Assembly (NCBI GenBank): GCA_903854185.1
Contig: CAINVP010000114.1
Span: forward strand, 3,212-67,211
Length of the DNA: 64,000 bases
Origin: an uncultured Actinomycetes bacterium
GTDB lineage: Bacteria; Actinomycetota; Actinomycetes; Nanopelagicales; Nanopelagicaceae
Direction of reading: 5' to 3'
Position numbers and translations under genes: made by a program. Below, one piece after another: positions 35,624 through 45,144 of this stretch; the stretch's first letter is position 1, and each line of letters opens with the position of its first letter. The notes beneath the pieces were generated by a model. It was not told the origin of the DNA. It made no database searches and saw only the letters and a program-made list of their open reading frames with translations.

Positions 35624-36889
35624 TTAACGAATTTGCCCGTTGCCCCGAACGATCCAGGTAGTGGTGGTCATCTGCTCGAGCCCCATTGGCCCGCGGGCGT
35701 GGAGCTTCTGGTTAGAGATGCCGATTTCAGCGCCAAAGCCCATCTGCTCGCCATCAGTGAAGCGAGTCGAGGCATTAACCATGATGGCAGCGCTATCAGA
35801 GAGTGCGATAAATGCTTCAGCAACCTCTTCGTTCTCGGTCACTATTGACTCAGTGTGATTGGTGCCAAACTTTTGAATATGGTCTGCCGCCGACACGACG
35901 CCACCCACAAGAGCGACGTTCATCTCAAGTGCGTTGTATTCGGTGGACCAACTCTCAGAGTTTGCAAGCTCGACCACGATTCCGGCTCGCGCGGCAATCT
36001 CCGCTACACGAGCATCCACATGCAGCTTCACGCCCTTATCGACCAGCGCCGTGAGAACGATGGGTAGAAATTCTTCACTCACCTTTTCGTGAACAAGAAG
36101 AGTCTCAGCTGCGTTACACACACTTGGGCGATGAGTCTTTGAATTAATCACAATCGGGAGCGCCTTTGCAAGATCAGCCGCCTCATCTACATAGACGTGA
36201 CATATGCCGGCGCCGGTCTCGATTGTCGGTACGGTTGCCTCATCTACCACCATGCGAATGAGTGACGCGCTTCCACGCGGGATAACTAGATCAACTTCAC
36301 CACGTGCATGCAGTAGTGCAGTCACCGTTGAGCGATCCTCGCTTGGAATGAGTTGAATCGCATCTGGTGAGATGGTCGAAGTAGCAAGAGTCTCACGCAT
36401 GATCTCAACTAGGACTTCATTGCTGGATGCAGCAGAAGAGGAACCCCGAAGGAGCGCAGCATTGCCCGACTTCAACAAGATTGCGGCCGCATCAATCGTT
36501 ACATTCGGACGGGCTTCGTAGACCATTCCGACAACGCCAAATGGAACGCTCTTCTGCGTGAGCTGAAGACCGTTAGGAAGGGTTCGTTGATTGAGGATGC
36601 GGCCAAGCGGATTCGGTAACGCTGCAACCTGACGGAGCCCCGCGGCCATCTCGTGAATCCGAGCGCTTGTCAGCAGCAGGCGATCTTGCATTGACTCCGC
36701 CATGCCGCTGCTCTTCGCGCGGAACATATCTATTCCATTAGCCGTTAATACTCGCTCACTCTGATCGATGATGGCATCAGCAATAGCCAGAAGCGCCGCA
36801 GTGCGAGCGCCATCCCCCGCAGCAATAAGCGAGCGCGAGGCTAAACGAGCGGCTGCCGCCTTCTCGGAAATAATCTGGGCCGAATCCAT
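35624..36889 (-). CDS. proA: Gamma-glutamyl phosphate reductase
   Basis: 421-aa ORF of the ALDH-like ProA family with the catalytic Cys context (PSVCNAAETLLVH). Confidence 0.9.
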   Translation of the reverse strand: MDSAQIISEKAAAARLASRSLIAAGDGARTAALLAIADAIIDQSERVLTANGIDMFRAKSSGMAESMQDRLLLTSARIHEMAAGLRQVAALPNPLGRILNQRTLPNGLQLTQKSVPFGVVGMVYEARPNVTIDAAAILLKSGNAALLRGSSSAASSNEVLVEIMRETLATSTISPDAIQLIPSEDRSTVTALLHARGEVDLVIPRGSASLIRMVVDEATVPTIETGAGICHVYVDEAADLAKALPIVINSKTHRPSVCNAAETLLVHEKVSEEFLPIVLTALVDKGVKLHVDARVAEIAARAGIVVELANSESWSTEYNALEMNVALVGGVVSAADHIQKFGTNHTESIVTENEEVAEAFIALSDSAAIMVNASTRFTDGEQMGFGAEIGISNQKLHARGPMGLEQMTTTTWIVRGNGQIR

Positions 36890-36895
36890 AGGGAT

Positions 36896-36915
36896 AGCCT
36901 ACGGGGAATTACCCT
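36896..36915. promoter_or_regulatory. Back-to-back -10-like hexamers for divergent, probably leaderless, proA and hydrolase transcripts
   Basis: Only 32 nt separate the two divergent ATGs. TACCCT (36910..36915, plus strand) lies 6 nt before ATG 36922. TAGGCT (36901..36896, minus strand) lies 6 nt before ATG 36889. Neither gene has an SD. Confidence 0.4.
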
Positions 36916-36921
36916 TCTCGT

Positions 36922-38076
36922 ATGGGAATTATTAAGCGCCTGGCTAAATGGATCATCATTCCGATTCTTGTTCTTTATCTTGCACTCGCCGCATTTCTCA
37001 AGGTGGTTCATTACCCCGAGCCGATTGCTGCGATTCAACTCGGATTAGCGCCTGCATCTAAGACACCAGAGCTAATGCCGTCACACGAAATTGCACCAGC
37101 TACTACACCCCTATCTTTCCCCAGGGGCACCGAAACTCCACCAGCAACAGTCAAATGGGATAACACAACTATTTCATGGCAGCAATTCCTTGATCGCAGC
37201 AACACGAATGCTTTCTTAATTCTACGTAACGGCGTTCTGACCTATGAGTACTACAAGAGTGGTGTGACAGCGACTACTCGACTTCCTTCGTATTCAGTTG
37301 CAAAGACAATGACCTCCATCATGATTGGTCAATTAGTAGCAGCTGGCAAGATCAAAGAGAGCGATAAGTTTGTTGACTACTTCCCACAATATAAAAATGG
37401 CACATCCTTCGACCGAATTACCATCAAGACGCTGCTTGATATGCAGGGTGGCGTCGGGGTTTCAGATAATTACCCCACTGGACCAGCGGGCTGGGGCGTT
37501 GGGATTGCGCAAATGTATGCAACCACTGATATGAATTGGTTCATCAGTCATAACCGCAAGATGGCATTTGAACCCGGTACCCAATCGCTGTATCGAAGCG
37601 TTGATACTCAACTCCTTGGCCTTGTTATTAAAAAGGTCACCGGCATGCGGGTAGCTGACTACTTCAGTAAAAATGTGTGGCAGCCAGTTGGTGCAAGTGA
37701 GAAAGCTACCTGGAATGTAGATCATGTTGGCGGCACGGAGAAGACATTCTGCTGTTTCAATGCTGCGGCACTTGATTATGCAAAGGTTGGAGAGATGCTT
37801 CTTAATGGTGGCAAAGTTGGCTCCAGAACCGTCCTGGATAGTGCCTGGATTAAGCGCATGAGTACTCCAGTTGACACGTTGGATCACGGCTGGAAATACA
37901 GTGCATTTACCTGGCACCCATATCCTGGCATCAACTTAGCGTTGGGCCTTCACGGTCAATTTATCTTCATGGATCCAGCAACCAAGACAGTTATTGTGAA
38001 GCTAAGTGATAACCCAACCGGTAAAGACCCTGAACTTGAAGAGGCGAGCGTCATGATGGGAATTGCTTCCCGCTAG
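36922..38076 (+). CDS. Membrane-anchored serine hydrolase of the beta-lactamase/transpeptidase-like fold (PF00144-type)
   Basis: 384-aa ORF with an N-terminal TM helix (WIIIPILVLYLALAAFL), the S-x-x-K motif SVAK and a C-terminal GLHGQFIFMDP segment typical of class-C-like esterases/hydrolases. It is the only plus-strand CDS in the first 58 kb. Confidence 0.7.
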   Translation: MGIIKRLAKWIIIPILVLYLALAAFLKVVHYPEPIAAIQLGLAPASKTPELMPSHEIAPATTPLSFPRGTETPPATVKWDNTTISWQQFLDRSNTNAFLILRNGVLTYEYYKSGVTATTRLPSYSVAKTMTSIMIGQLVAAGKIKESDKFVDYFPQYKNGTSFDRITIKTLLDMQGGVGVSDNYPTGPAGWGVGIAQMYATTDMNWFISHNRKMAFEPGTQSLYRSVDTQLLGLVIKKVTGMRVADYFSKNVWQPVGASEKATWNVDHVGGTEKTFCCFNAAALDYAKVGEMLLNGGKVGSRTVLDSAWIKRMSTPVDTLDHGWKYSAFTWHPYPGINLALGLHGQFIFMDPATKTVIVKLSDNPTGKDPELEEASVMMGIASR

Positions 38077-38079
38077 CGG

Positions 38080-39180
38080 CTAGAGCAGCACTAAATCATC
38101 TCTGTGCACGAGTTCGCGCTCGTACTCAGCGCCATACTTTGCTGACAACTCCTTTGTGGAGTGGCCAAGCATCTTTGGAATCTCTTCGGCATCAAATGCC
38201 ACGAGACCACGTGCAATAACTTTTCCATCAGGTGCGAGGATGTCGACAGCGTCGCCAGCACTAAATTCACCAGATGTTGCTATTACACCTGCCGCGAGAA
38301 GAGAGGTACCGCGTTCAAGGAGAGCAGTTACTGCTCCGCCATCAAGTGTGAGGGAGCCTTGGGCGCTGGCTGCATGTGCCAGCCATAAGAGTCGTGATGG
38401 GCGCTTGTCGTGAATAGCCCGAAAAATTGTTCCCACATCTTCACCAGCAAGTGCTGATGTAAGAGAGTTGAGATTCGTCAGTAACATTGCAACGCCAGCA
38501 CCGGTTGCAATACGAGCAGCTTCAATCTTGGTGACCATGCCACCGCTTCCGACACCAGCCGCTCCTACGCCACCAATCTCGATGCCAGCCATCTCATTGA
38601 CGTTTACCACTTCTTTAATCCGAGTTGCAGATACGTCAGAAGGTGGCGCGTCATACAATGCATCGATATCACTCACCAGGACTAGTAGGTCTGCACCAAT
38701 CAGATGAGCAACGAGTGCGGCAAGACGATCATTATCGCCAAACCGAATCTCCTGTGTTCCGACTGAGTCATTCTCGTTAATGATTGGAACAACGCCCATC
38801 TGCAATAACTTAAAGAGAGTGCGCTGTGCATTCTGATAATGCGAACGACGGATGACATCTTCAATTGTGAGCAGTACCTGGGACGCGACGATGTTATGGC
38901 GAGCGAAGGATTGGTTGTATTCAGCAATGAGTAGACCTTGCCCAACGGATGCTGCCGCCTGTTGCGTGGCAAGATCTTTTGGACGGGAAGCCAATCCAAG
39001 TGGAGCAAGTCCCGCCGCGATGGCACCGGAAGAGACCACTGCCACCTCTCGACCTTCAGCACGAAGTTTTGCGACGATGTCAACGAGTTGGTGAACTGCC
39101 TGGCTATCGAGCGCCGAACCCGCTTTGCCAGTAAGAGTGGAGGAGCCAACCTTGATGACTATACGTCGGGCCTCCATCAC
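38080..39180 (-). CDS. proB: Glutamate 5-kinase (with PUA domain)
   Basis: 366-aa ORF with an N-terminal [11 protein letters not shown] amino-acid kinase fold and a C-terminal PUA-like domain. It overlaps the obg stop by 4 nt. Confidence 0.9.
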   Translation of the reverse strand: MMEARRIVIKVGSSTLTGKAGSALDSQAVHQLVDIVAKLRAEGREVAVVSSGAIAAGLAPLGLASRPKDLATQQAAASVGQGLLIAEYNQSFARHNIVASQVLLTIEDVIRRSHYQNAQRTLFKLLQMGVVPIINENDSVGTQEIRFGDNDRLAALVAHLIGADLLVLVSDIDALYDAPPSDVSATRIKEVVNVNEMAGIEIGGVGAAGVGSGGMVTKIEAARIATGAGVAMLLTNLNSLTSALAGEDVGTIFRAIHDKRPSRLLWLAHAASAQGSLTLDGGAVTALLERGTSLLAAGVIATSGEFSAGDAVDILAPDGKVIARGLVAFDAEEIPKMLGHSTKELSAKYGAEYERELVHRDDLVLL

Positions 39181-40655
39181 TCACCTTCAATCCTTGGTGT
39201 AGTTGGATCAACAGTGTTGTACTCCCACTGCAGCGCAATCTCATCTTCAGAGAGTTGTGCCTCTGCCTCATCAACGTAGCGACCCGCCCATGGGGATTCA
39301 ATGTTGTCCATGCGTCGATCTGTTCCGCGGCGACCAGCAAGGAGTTCTGCGCCAGCCTCGATAGAAGGTTCCCAATCGAAGATTACGGCGTCATCCCCAA
39401 GGCCAATGCGAACTTCATCTTTTGCCTTTGCGCCCTTCTTAAAGAGTTCGCGTTCAACTCCGAGAGCAGCGAGACGGTCTGCGAGATAGCCGACCGCTTC
39501 TGGGTTACCGAAATCAGTCTGGCGAACGAAGCGCATTGGCTTCTCGCCGACGACGCTAAATGAGCCATCTTCATTTGCAATAACTTTAAAGCCAGAATCA
39601 TCAACTGCGACTGGTCGAAGGATGATGCGAGTCTTCACTTCCTTCTTTGCAGATTTGCGTGACTCTTGAATAATGCGAGCCATTGCATATTTCAACTCTT
39701 GCAGACCAGCGTGCGTTGCAGCAGAGATCGGATAGACCTCATAGCCACGTTCACGAAGAATTGGGGCGACCATATCGGCCATCGCCTGACCATCTGGTAG
39801 GTCAATCTTGTTCAGAGCGATGATCTTTGGGCGATCGCTGAGGCCGCCATAATGGGCTAGCTCTTCTTCAATCAGATCAAAATCCTTTACCGGATCACGG
39901 TCGGTTTCTAACGTTCCGCAGTCAAGCACGTGAACAAGTGCCGCACAGCGCTCAACGTGGCGAAGGAATTCAAGACCGAGGCCCTTTCCTTCTGATGCTC
40001 CTGGAATGAGACCTGGTACATCTGCCACAGTGAAGCGCGTCTCTCCAGCTTGTACAACACCCAAGTTAGGAACGAGTGTTGTAAATGGATAGTCAGCAAT
40101 CTTTGGACGAGCCGCAGAGATAGATGCAATCAGCGATGATTTTCCAGCACTTGGAAAACCAATCAGGCCGATATCTGCAACGCTCTTCAATTCAAGAATA
40201 AGTGTGCGCTCTTCACCTGGCTCACCCTTAAGTGCAAAGCCGGGTGCGCGACGCTTTGACGACGAGAGCGCATCGTTACCGAGCCCACCCTTTCCGCCTT
40301 GTGCTGCGATAAAGGTGGTGCCTTCACCCACGAGATCTGCAAGGGTGTTGCCAAGATAATCCTTAACAACGGTGCCATTTGGAACAGCGAGAATCGCATC
40401 CGCGCCTTCAGCTCCGTTACACCAATCGCCATAACCTGGACGACCACTGGTCGCTTTACGATGTGGTGAGTGGTGGAAATCAAGGAGCGTTGTTACATCG
40501 TTATCAACGACAAGAATGATGTCGCCACCGCGTCCACCATTACCGCCATCTGGGCCGCCGAGTGGCTTGAACTTTTCGCGGTGAATAGAGACGCAACCAT
40601 CTCCACCAGCTCCGGCCGTTGCATGGAGCGTTACGCGATCAACAAATGTAGCCAT
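39177..40655 (-). CDS. obg: GTPase Obg/CgtA (long actinobacterial form with C-terminal extension)
   Basis: Obg fold ([20 protein letters not shown]), G motifs ([19 protein letters not shown]). I use ATG at 40655 (MATFVDR...), 9 nt after AAGGAG. The track ORF starts 3 codons earlier at a TTG. Confidence 0.9.
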   Translation of the reverse strand: MATFVDRVTLHATAGAGGDGCVSIHREKFKPLGGPDGGNGGRGGDIILVVDNDVTTLLDFHHSPHRKATSGRPGYGDWCNGAEGADAILAVPNGTVVKDYLGNTLADLVGEGTTFIAAQGGKGGLGNDALSSSKRRAPGFALKGEPGEERTLILELKSVADIGLIGFPSAGKSSLIASISAARPKIADYPFTTLVPNLGVVQAGETRFTVADVPGLIPGASEGKGLGLEFLRHVERCAALVHVLDCGTLETDRDPVKDFDLIEEELAHYGGLSDRPKIIALNKIDLPDGQAMADMVAPILRERGYEVYPISAATHAGLQELKYAMARIIQESRKSAKKEVKTRIILRPVAVDDSGFKVIANEDGSFSVVGEKPMRFVRQTDFGNPEAVGYLADRLAALGVERELFKKGAKAKDEVRIGLGDDAVIFDWEPSIEAGAELLAGRRGTDRRMDNIESPWAGRYVDEAEAQLSEDEIALQWEYNTVDPTTPRIEGE

Positions 40656-40680
40656 CTCTAGCAACTCCTTTCACTGGTAA

Positions 40681-40717
40681 GAAAAAAATAGCGGGTCCGC
40701 GCAAGTGCGGACCCGCT
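40681..40717 (-). terminator. Intrinsic terminator after rpmA
   Basis: Perfect 11-bp stem AGCGGGTCCGC / GCGGACCCGCT with a 6-nt loop, followed on the minus strand by ATTTTTTTC. Confidence 0.8.
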
Positions 40718-40736
40718 GAGAAAAACTATCCGCGCT

Positions 40737-41000
40737 TTAGGCGACGGGTGCTGGAACAACGATATTTACAACCTTGCGACCGCGTGCGCGACCGAACTCA
40801 ACAGCGCCTGCTGCGAGTGCGAACAAGGTGTCATCTTTACCGATGCCAACATTCTGACCTGGGTGGAAGACAGTTCCGCGCTGGCGAACAAGAATTTCAC
40901 CAGACTTTACGACCTGACCACCAAAGCGCTTGATGCCGAGGTACTGAGCATTTGAATCGCGACCATTTCTGGTTGACGAGACTCCCTTTTTACTTGCCAT
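40737..41000 (-). CDS. rpmA: 50S ribosomal protein L27
   Basis: 87-aa ORF with the L27 N-terminus ([23 protein letters not shown]). Confidence 0.95.
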   Translation of the reverse strand: MASKKGVSSTRNGRDSNAQYLGIKRFGGQVVKSGEILVRQRGTVFHPGQNVGIGKDDTLFALAAGAVEFGRARGRKVVNIVVPAPVA

Positions 41001-41016
41001 TTATTGCACCTCCTAC

Positions 41017-41325
41017 TTACTTGGTGATCGCGGTGATCTTCACGCGCGTCAGTTGGGAACGGAAACCTTTACGGCGACGACGGCCGGTCTTGTTCTTGTA
41101 CTTCAAGATATCAATCTTTGGACCCTTCTTCTCCTCAACAATCTCGCCAGCAACCTTGACGCCAGCGAGCGCCTTTGGATCAGAAGTGACATTTGCACCT
41201 TCAACGAGAAGGAGTGCAGGGAATGAGACAGAGGAGCCAACCGCTGCATCGATGCGATCCACGGTAATTGTGTCGCCAACGGCAACCTTCTCCTGATGGC
41301 CGCCAGCCTTAACAATCGCGTACAC
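41017..41325 (-). CDS. rplU: 50S ribosomal protein L21
   Basis: 102-aa ORF with a GTG start 8 nt after GGAAGG and an [12 protein letters not shown]-terminus. Confidence 0.95.
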   Translation of the reverse strand: MYAIVKAGGHQEKVAVGDTITVDRIDAAVGSSVSFPALLLVEGANVTSDPKALAGVKVAGEIVEEKKGPKIDILKYKNKTGRRRRKGFRSQLTRVKITAITK

Positions 41326-41393
41326 AGTGACACCTTCCCAATCTTCTTCACTTCACTCTTATATATCCTTATATAAGAATTGATAATCAACGG

Positions 41394-41443
41394 ATAAAAA
41401 CTTCCCGTAGGGGGCTAAGGGTACGGATTTTCGCCCCCACGGG
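41394..41443 (-). terminator. Intrinsic terminator after rne
   Basis: The minus strand reads CCCGTGGGGGC-(17-nt loop)-GCCCCCTACGGG (one bulged base), followed by AAGTTTTTAT. It begins 13 nt after the rne stop. Confidence 0.7.
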
Positions 41444-41455
41444 TCAAACTGAGGT

Positions 41456-43762
41456 CTATTCAGGCGTGATGATGCCGGTACTTACCGCCCGGCGACGCTT
41501 GCGCTGTCCATTTCCGGATGAAGCGGTTGGCTTAGTCGGCTCCTTCTCAGCCTCTTCTGGAGCACTTTCTTCCGGCTGAGCCACTTCTAGCTCCTCCTCT
41601 TGCTCCATCTGTGAAGATGGGACGTAGCGCTGATCCATATCCTTATCGAGCGTGGTCTTCTTCACTGGCTCAGAGTGGATGTGAATTCCACGTCCGCCAC
41701 AGCTCTCACAGGTGGTGGAGAAGGCCTCAATCAAGCCTTGGCCAACACGCTTACGTGTCATCTGGACCAGACCGAGGGAGGTTACTTCCGCAACTTGATG
41801 CTTAGTGCGATCGCGGCCAAGGCATTCGACGAGGCGTCGCAAGACCTTGTCGCGATTGGACTCAAGGGCCATATCAATAAAGTCGATAACTACGATTCCG
41901 CCCAAGTCGCGTAGACGGAGTTGGCGGGCGATCTCTTCGGCAGCTTCTAAGTTGTTCTTAGTAACTGTCTCCTCAAGGTTTCCACCTTTGCCGATGAACT
42001 TTCCGGTATTGACATCGATTACCACCATCGCCTCAGTGCGATCGATGACAAGGGAACCACCTGACGGTAGATAGACCTTACGATCAAATGCCTTTGCAAG
42101 TTGTTCTTCGATGCGGTGCTCTACGAACATGTCGCGAACGCCGGTCCACTTCTCAATCTTTGTTGTGAGCTCTGGGGCGATATGTCCAAGGTAGCCGTTG
42201 ATGTCATCCCACGCTTGGTCGCCCTGTACAACGAGGCGGCGGAAATCTTCGTTGAAGATATCGCGGATAACACGAACAGTGAGATCGGGTTCGCTATAGA
42301 GAAGTGATGGCGCGGAAGTACTTGGATTCTCAGCCTTCTCTTGAATATCTGCCCACTGCGCCTTCAGGCGTGAAACATCTCTTTCGAGTTCATCTTCACT
42401 TGCACCTTCAGCGGCGGTGCGAACAATCACGCCAGCATCTTCAGGGATGAGGCTCTTCAGCGCGCTCTTTAAGCGATTGCGCTCTTGATCAGGAAGACGA
42501 CGGCTAATTCCGCTCATCTCACCACCAGGAACATAAACCAGGTAGCGACCAGGTAGGGAGATTTGGCTAGTAAGGCGCGCGCCCTTCTGGCCGATCGGAT
42601 CCTTTGTAACCTGAACGAGCACTGGTTGACCAGTCTTAAGGACATGTTCAATCTTTCGTGGCGCGCTATCGGAGAGGCCAGCGGCATCCCAATTCACTTC
42701 GCCAGCGTAAAGAACTGCGTTACGTCCCTTACCGATATCAACGAAGGCAGCTTCCATCGAAGGCAGCACGTTCTGAACGCGGCCAAGGTAGACATTGCCG
42801 ACATAGGAAATATTGGAATTTCGATTTACATAGTGCTCAACCATGATCTTGTCTTCAAGAACTGCAATCTGCGTTCTATCGCCAATCTGGCGCACGAGCA
42901 TCTCGCGGTCAACCGATTCACGGCGAGCGAGGAATTCTGCTTCTGTGATGATGACACCACGGCGACGTGTAAATTCACGTGGTTCGCGATCATGGCGATC
43001 ACGGTTGCGATCTCTATCTCGGTTACGTCCAGAGCGATCGTTACGTCCAGAGCGATCTGAACGATCTGAACGATCTGAACGATCTGAACGATCATTGCGT
43101 GAAGTACGCGTTGGCTGGTCTTCGCGAGCACGAGGTTCGCGGACTTTAACAACTGTGACGACACCATCTTCTTCGACGGTCTCCCCTGGCGTTACGCCTT
43201 CGCCACGTGCACGACGACGGCGACGGCGACGGTGTGTTCCACCAGCCTCTTCACCCTCATCTTCATTATCAATATGGCCAGGATCTTTTTCTTCCGCATC
43301 ACTATCGTCAATTGAATCTAGGGAATCATCACCGGCTGCTCCAGGGCGACGACGTCCGCGTGAACCACGGCGGCGGCGGTTACGAGATGGACCAGTCGTG
43401 CCCTCGCCACCATCTGAACTCTCATCAATCTGATCATCGGCGCTCTCATCGGAAACTTTCTCCGCCTTAGCTTTCTGAGAACCAGCTTTCTGAGAACCAG
43501 CCTTCGGTGTAGCTGCCTTCTCAGTTGCTGGCTTCTCAGTTGCAGGCTTTGGTGTGCGCTTGGGTGCAACAACCTCAGGAGCTGCTTGAAATACTGGAAC
43601 AGGGATGGCGGCCTTCTTGGTGGCACGCTTAGCGACTGGCTTCTCGTCGAGTGCGGCAGCCTCTGGTGCTGCTGGGGCCTCGATCTGACCTTCAGTTGCT
43701 TCTGTCTTACTTGCGCTCTTTTTTACAGCGCGCTTACGCGAATTCTTTGGCTCTGGAGCCAT
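41456..43762 (-). CDS. rne: Ribonuclease E/G (actinobacterial type, catalytic core in the C-terminal two thirds)
   Basis: 768-aa ORF. It has an S1 domain plus the RNase E/G catalytic region (GGIVVIDFIDM...). The N-terminal roughly 290 aa are low-complexity Lys/Ala/Pro-, Asp/Glu- and Arg/Asp/Ser-rich. Confidence 0.9.
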   Translation of the reverse strand: MAPEPKNSRKRAVKKSASKTEATEGQIEAPAAPEAAALDEKPVAKRATKKAAIPVPVFQAAPEVVAPKRTPKPATEKPATEKAATPKAGSQKAGSQKAKAEKVSDESADDQIDESSDGGEGTTGPSRNRRRRGSRGRRRPGAAGDDSLDSIDDSDAEEKDPGHIDNEDEGEEAGGTHRRRRRRRARGEGVTPGETVEEDGVVTVVKVREPRAREDQPTRTSRNDRSDRSDRSDRSDRSGRNDRSGRNRDRDRNRDRHDREPREFTRRRGVIITEAEFLARRESVDREMLVRQIGDRTQIAVLEDKIMVEHYVNRNSNISYVGNVYLGRVQNVLPSMEAAFVDIGKGRNAVLYAGEVNWDAAGLSDSAPRKIEHVLKTGQPVLVQVTKDPIGQKGARLTSQISLPGRYLVYVPGGEMSGISRRLPDQERNRLKSALKSLIPEDAGVIVRTAAEGASEDELERDVSRLKAQWADIQEKAENPSTSAPSLLYSEPDLTVRVIRDIFNEDFRRLVVQGDQAWDDINGYLGHIAPELTTKIEKWTGVRDMFVEHRIEEQLAKAFDRKVYLPSGGSLVIDRTEAMVVIDVNTGKFIGKGGNLEETVTKNNLEAAEEIARQLRLRDLGGIVVIDFIDMALESNRDKVLRRLVECLGRDRTKHQVAEVTSLGLVQMTRKRVGQGLIEAFSTTCESCGGRGIHIHSEPVKKTTLDKDMDQRYVPSSQMEQEEELEVAQPEESAPEEAEKEPTKPTASSGNGQRKRRRAVSTGIITPE
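43022..43093 (-). repeat. In-frame tandem repeats inside rne (18 nt x2, then 9 nt x4)
   Basis: On the plus strand, GTTACGTCCAGAGCGATC occurs twice (43022..43057) and TGAACGATC four times (43058..43093). These encode the DRSDRSDRSDRSGRNDRSGRN stretch. Confidence 0.9.
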
Positions 43763-43968
43763 AACGTTAAATCCTCAATCCTTAATAAAACTTTCATCAG
43801 GTTTGACCTTTATCTGCCGAAACCTGCTCGCCCAATGGTGGGCTTTCTTAAAAATTCTCGTGTCCGCGTGCGACTCAGATATCGGATCTGGCGCGCTGAA
43901 CTCTGGTCCTAGTATGGCAGACGATGGCGCTATTTTTCGAATTCCCGCGTAATTCTGGGCTGTAATCG

Positions 43969-45144
43969 CTATCTGGAGCGGATATGGACGTTCTGAAGCA
44001 ATCCAAGGGCAATCATATTGGCGAACATGCTCGAGCCACCGTAGGACATAAATGGAAGCGGAACACCGGTCATTGGCATCAGACCCATGGTCATTCCAAT
44101 ATTTTCAAAGGTCTGGAAGGCGAACCAGGCAATAACTCCGACGCAGACCAACCGCCCGAAGGGGTCGCTCGTTCGTCGGGCAATCAAGAACGCTCGATAG
44201 AAAAATATAAAGAAGCAGAACAAAATAAATCCCGAACCCACGAAGCCAAGTTCTTCACCGGCGACCGTAAAGATAAAGTCAGTCTGCTGCTCAGGAACGA
44301 ATCGCCCGTTTGTCTGTGGCCCGTTAAATAGTCCACGACCCAGCACGCCACCCGATCCAATTGTGATACGAGATTGACGAAGTTGATAGCCGCTCTGTTG
44401 CGGATCAGCATTTGGATCAACAAATGATTGCAGTCGTTTCACTTGATACTGATGAATTACGCCGGCTTTCACTGCCACGAAACCGGTCAGCAATCCCACT
44501 AAAAGCAATCCCACCACCCATCGAGATGGTGCTCCTGAGACTGCAATAATTCCGATGACAATGGAAGAGATAATCAGAGCTTCGCCCAAATCAGGTTGCA
44601 ACATAATTAAACCCATAGGGATAAGCGCAACTGCCAGCGCCTTAACTACATCTGAGTGCGAAGGCAAAGAGTCGATATCACGAATCTCTGAAAGCAGCAT
44701 TGCCATTCCCGCAACAACGGCAATCTTTGCAAGCTCTGCGGGTTGAAGTTGAAATCCACCGGGTAAGCCAATCCACGACTTTGCACCATTTACGGTAGAG
44801 CCGACTCCAGGAAGAAGGACAAAGATTAATCCAAGCACAGAGAAGCCCCATAAGAATGGGGTGTAGGCGCGAATCATTCGGTAATCAATCAAGGTTGTTC
44901 CGTATGCCAAGAGTCCACCGATGACAATGTTAACCAGGTGGCGCTTCAAGTAATACTGCGGATCAAGATTCTGCGAAGCAAACCAACTCCGGGTCGCTGC
45001 CCACACAAGTAGTGAGCCAAGAATTAAGAGTGCGCTCACAGAGGCCATAAGGAGGCGATCCACTCCGGAGAGATTCTCGCGTAGCGAACCTATGCCAAAG
45101 GTTCGGCGTGACCGGCGTTGGCGAAGGTGGAGGAAGTTACTCAT
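43969..45144 (-). CDS. rodA: Peptidoglycan glycosyltransferase RodA (FtsW/RodA/SpoVE family)
   Basis: 391-aa polytopic SEDS-family ORF immediately downstream of PBP2 (4-nt overlap). Confidence 0.85.
   Translation of the reverse strand: MSNFLHLRQRRSRRTFGIGSLRENLSGVDRLLMASVSALLILGSLLVWAATRSWFASQNLDPQYYLKRHLVNIVIGGLLAYGTTLIDYRMIRAYTPFLWGFSVLGLIFVLLPGVGSTVNGAKSWIGLPGGFQLQPAELAKIAVVAGMAMLLSEIRDIDSLPSHSDVVKALAVALIPMGLIMLQPDLGEALIISSIVIGIIAVSGAPSRWVVGLLLVGLLTGFVAVKAGVIHQYQVKRLQSFVDPNADPQQSGYQLRQSRITIGSGGVLGRGLFNGPQTNGRFVPEQQTDFIFTVAGEELGFVGSGFILFCFFIFFYRAFLIARRTSDPFGRLVCVGVIAWFAFQTFENIGMTMGLMPMTGVPLPFMSYGGSSMFANMIALGLLQNVHIRSR

Noticed and set aside
36922-38076. Beta-lactamase-fold protein as an antibiotic-resistance determinant.
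   Set aside because: Only the generic S-x-x-K serine-hydrolase fold is visible. This superfamily is dominated by esterases, peptidases and PBP-like proteins, and nothing in the sequence supports a resistance call.
42843-43433. 196-aa plus-strand ORF (and several others, 41611..43912) antisense to rne.
   Set aside because: The translations are low-complexity Arg/Ser/Pro mirror images of the repeat-rich rne region. They have no start-site signals and overlap a well-supported gene.
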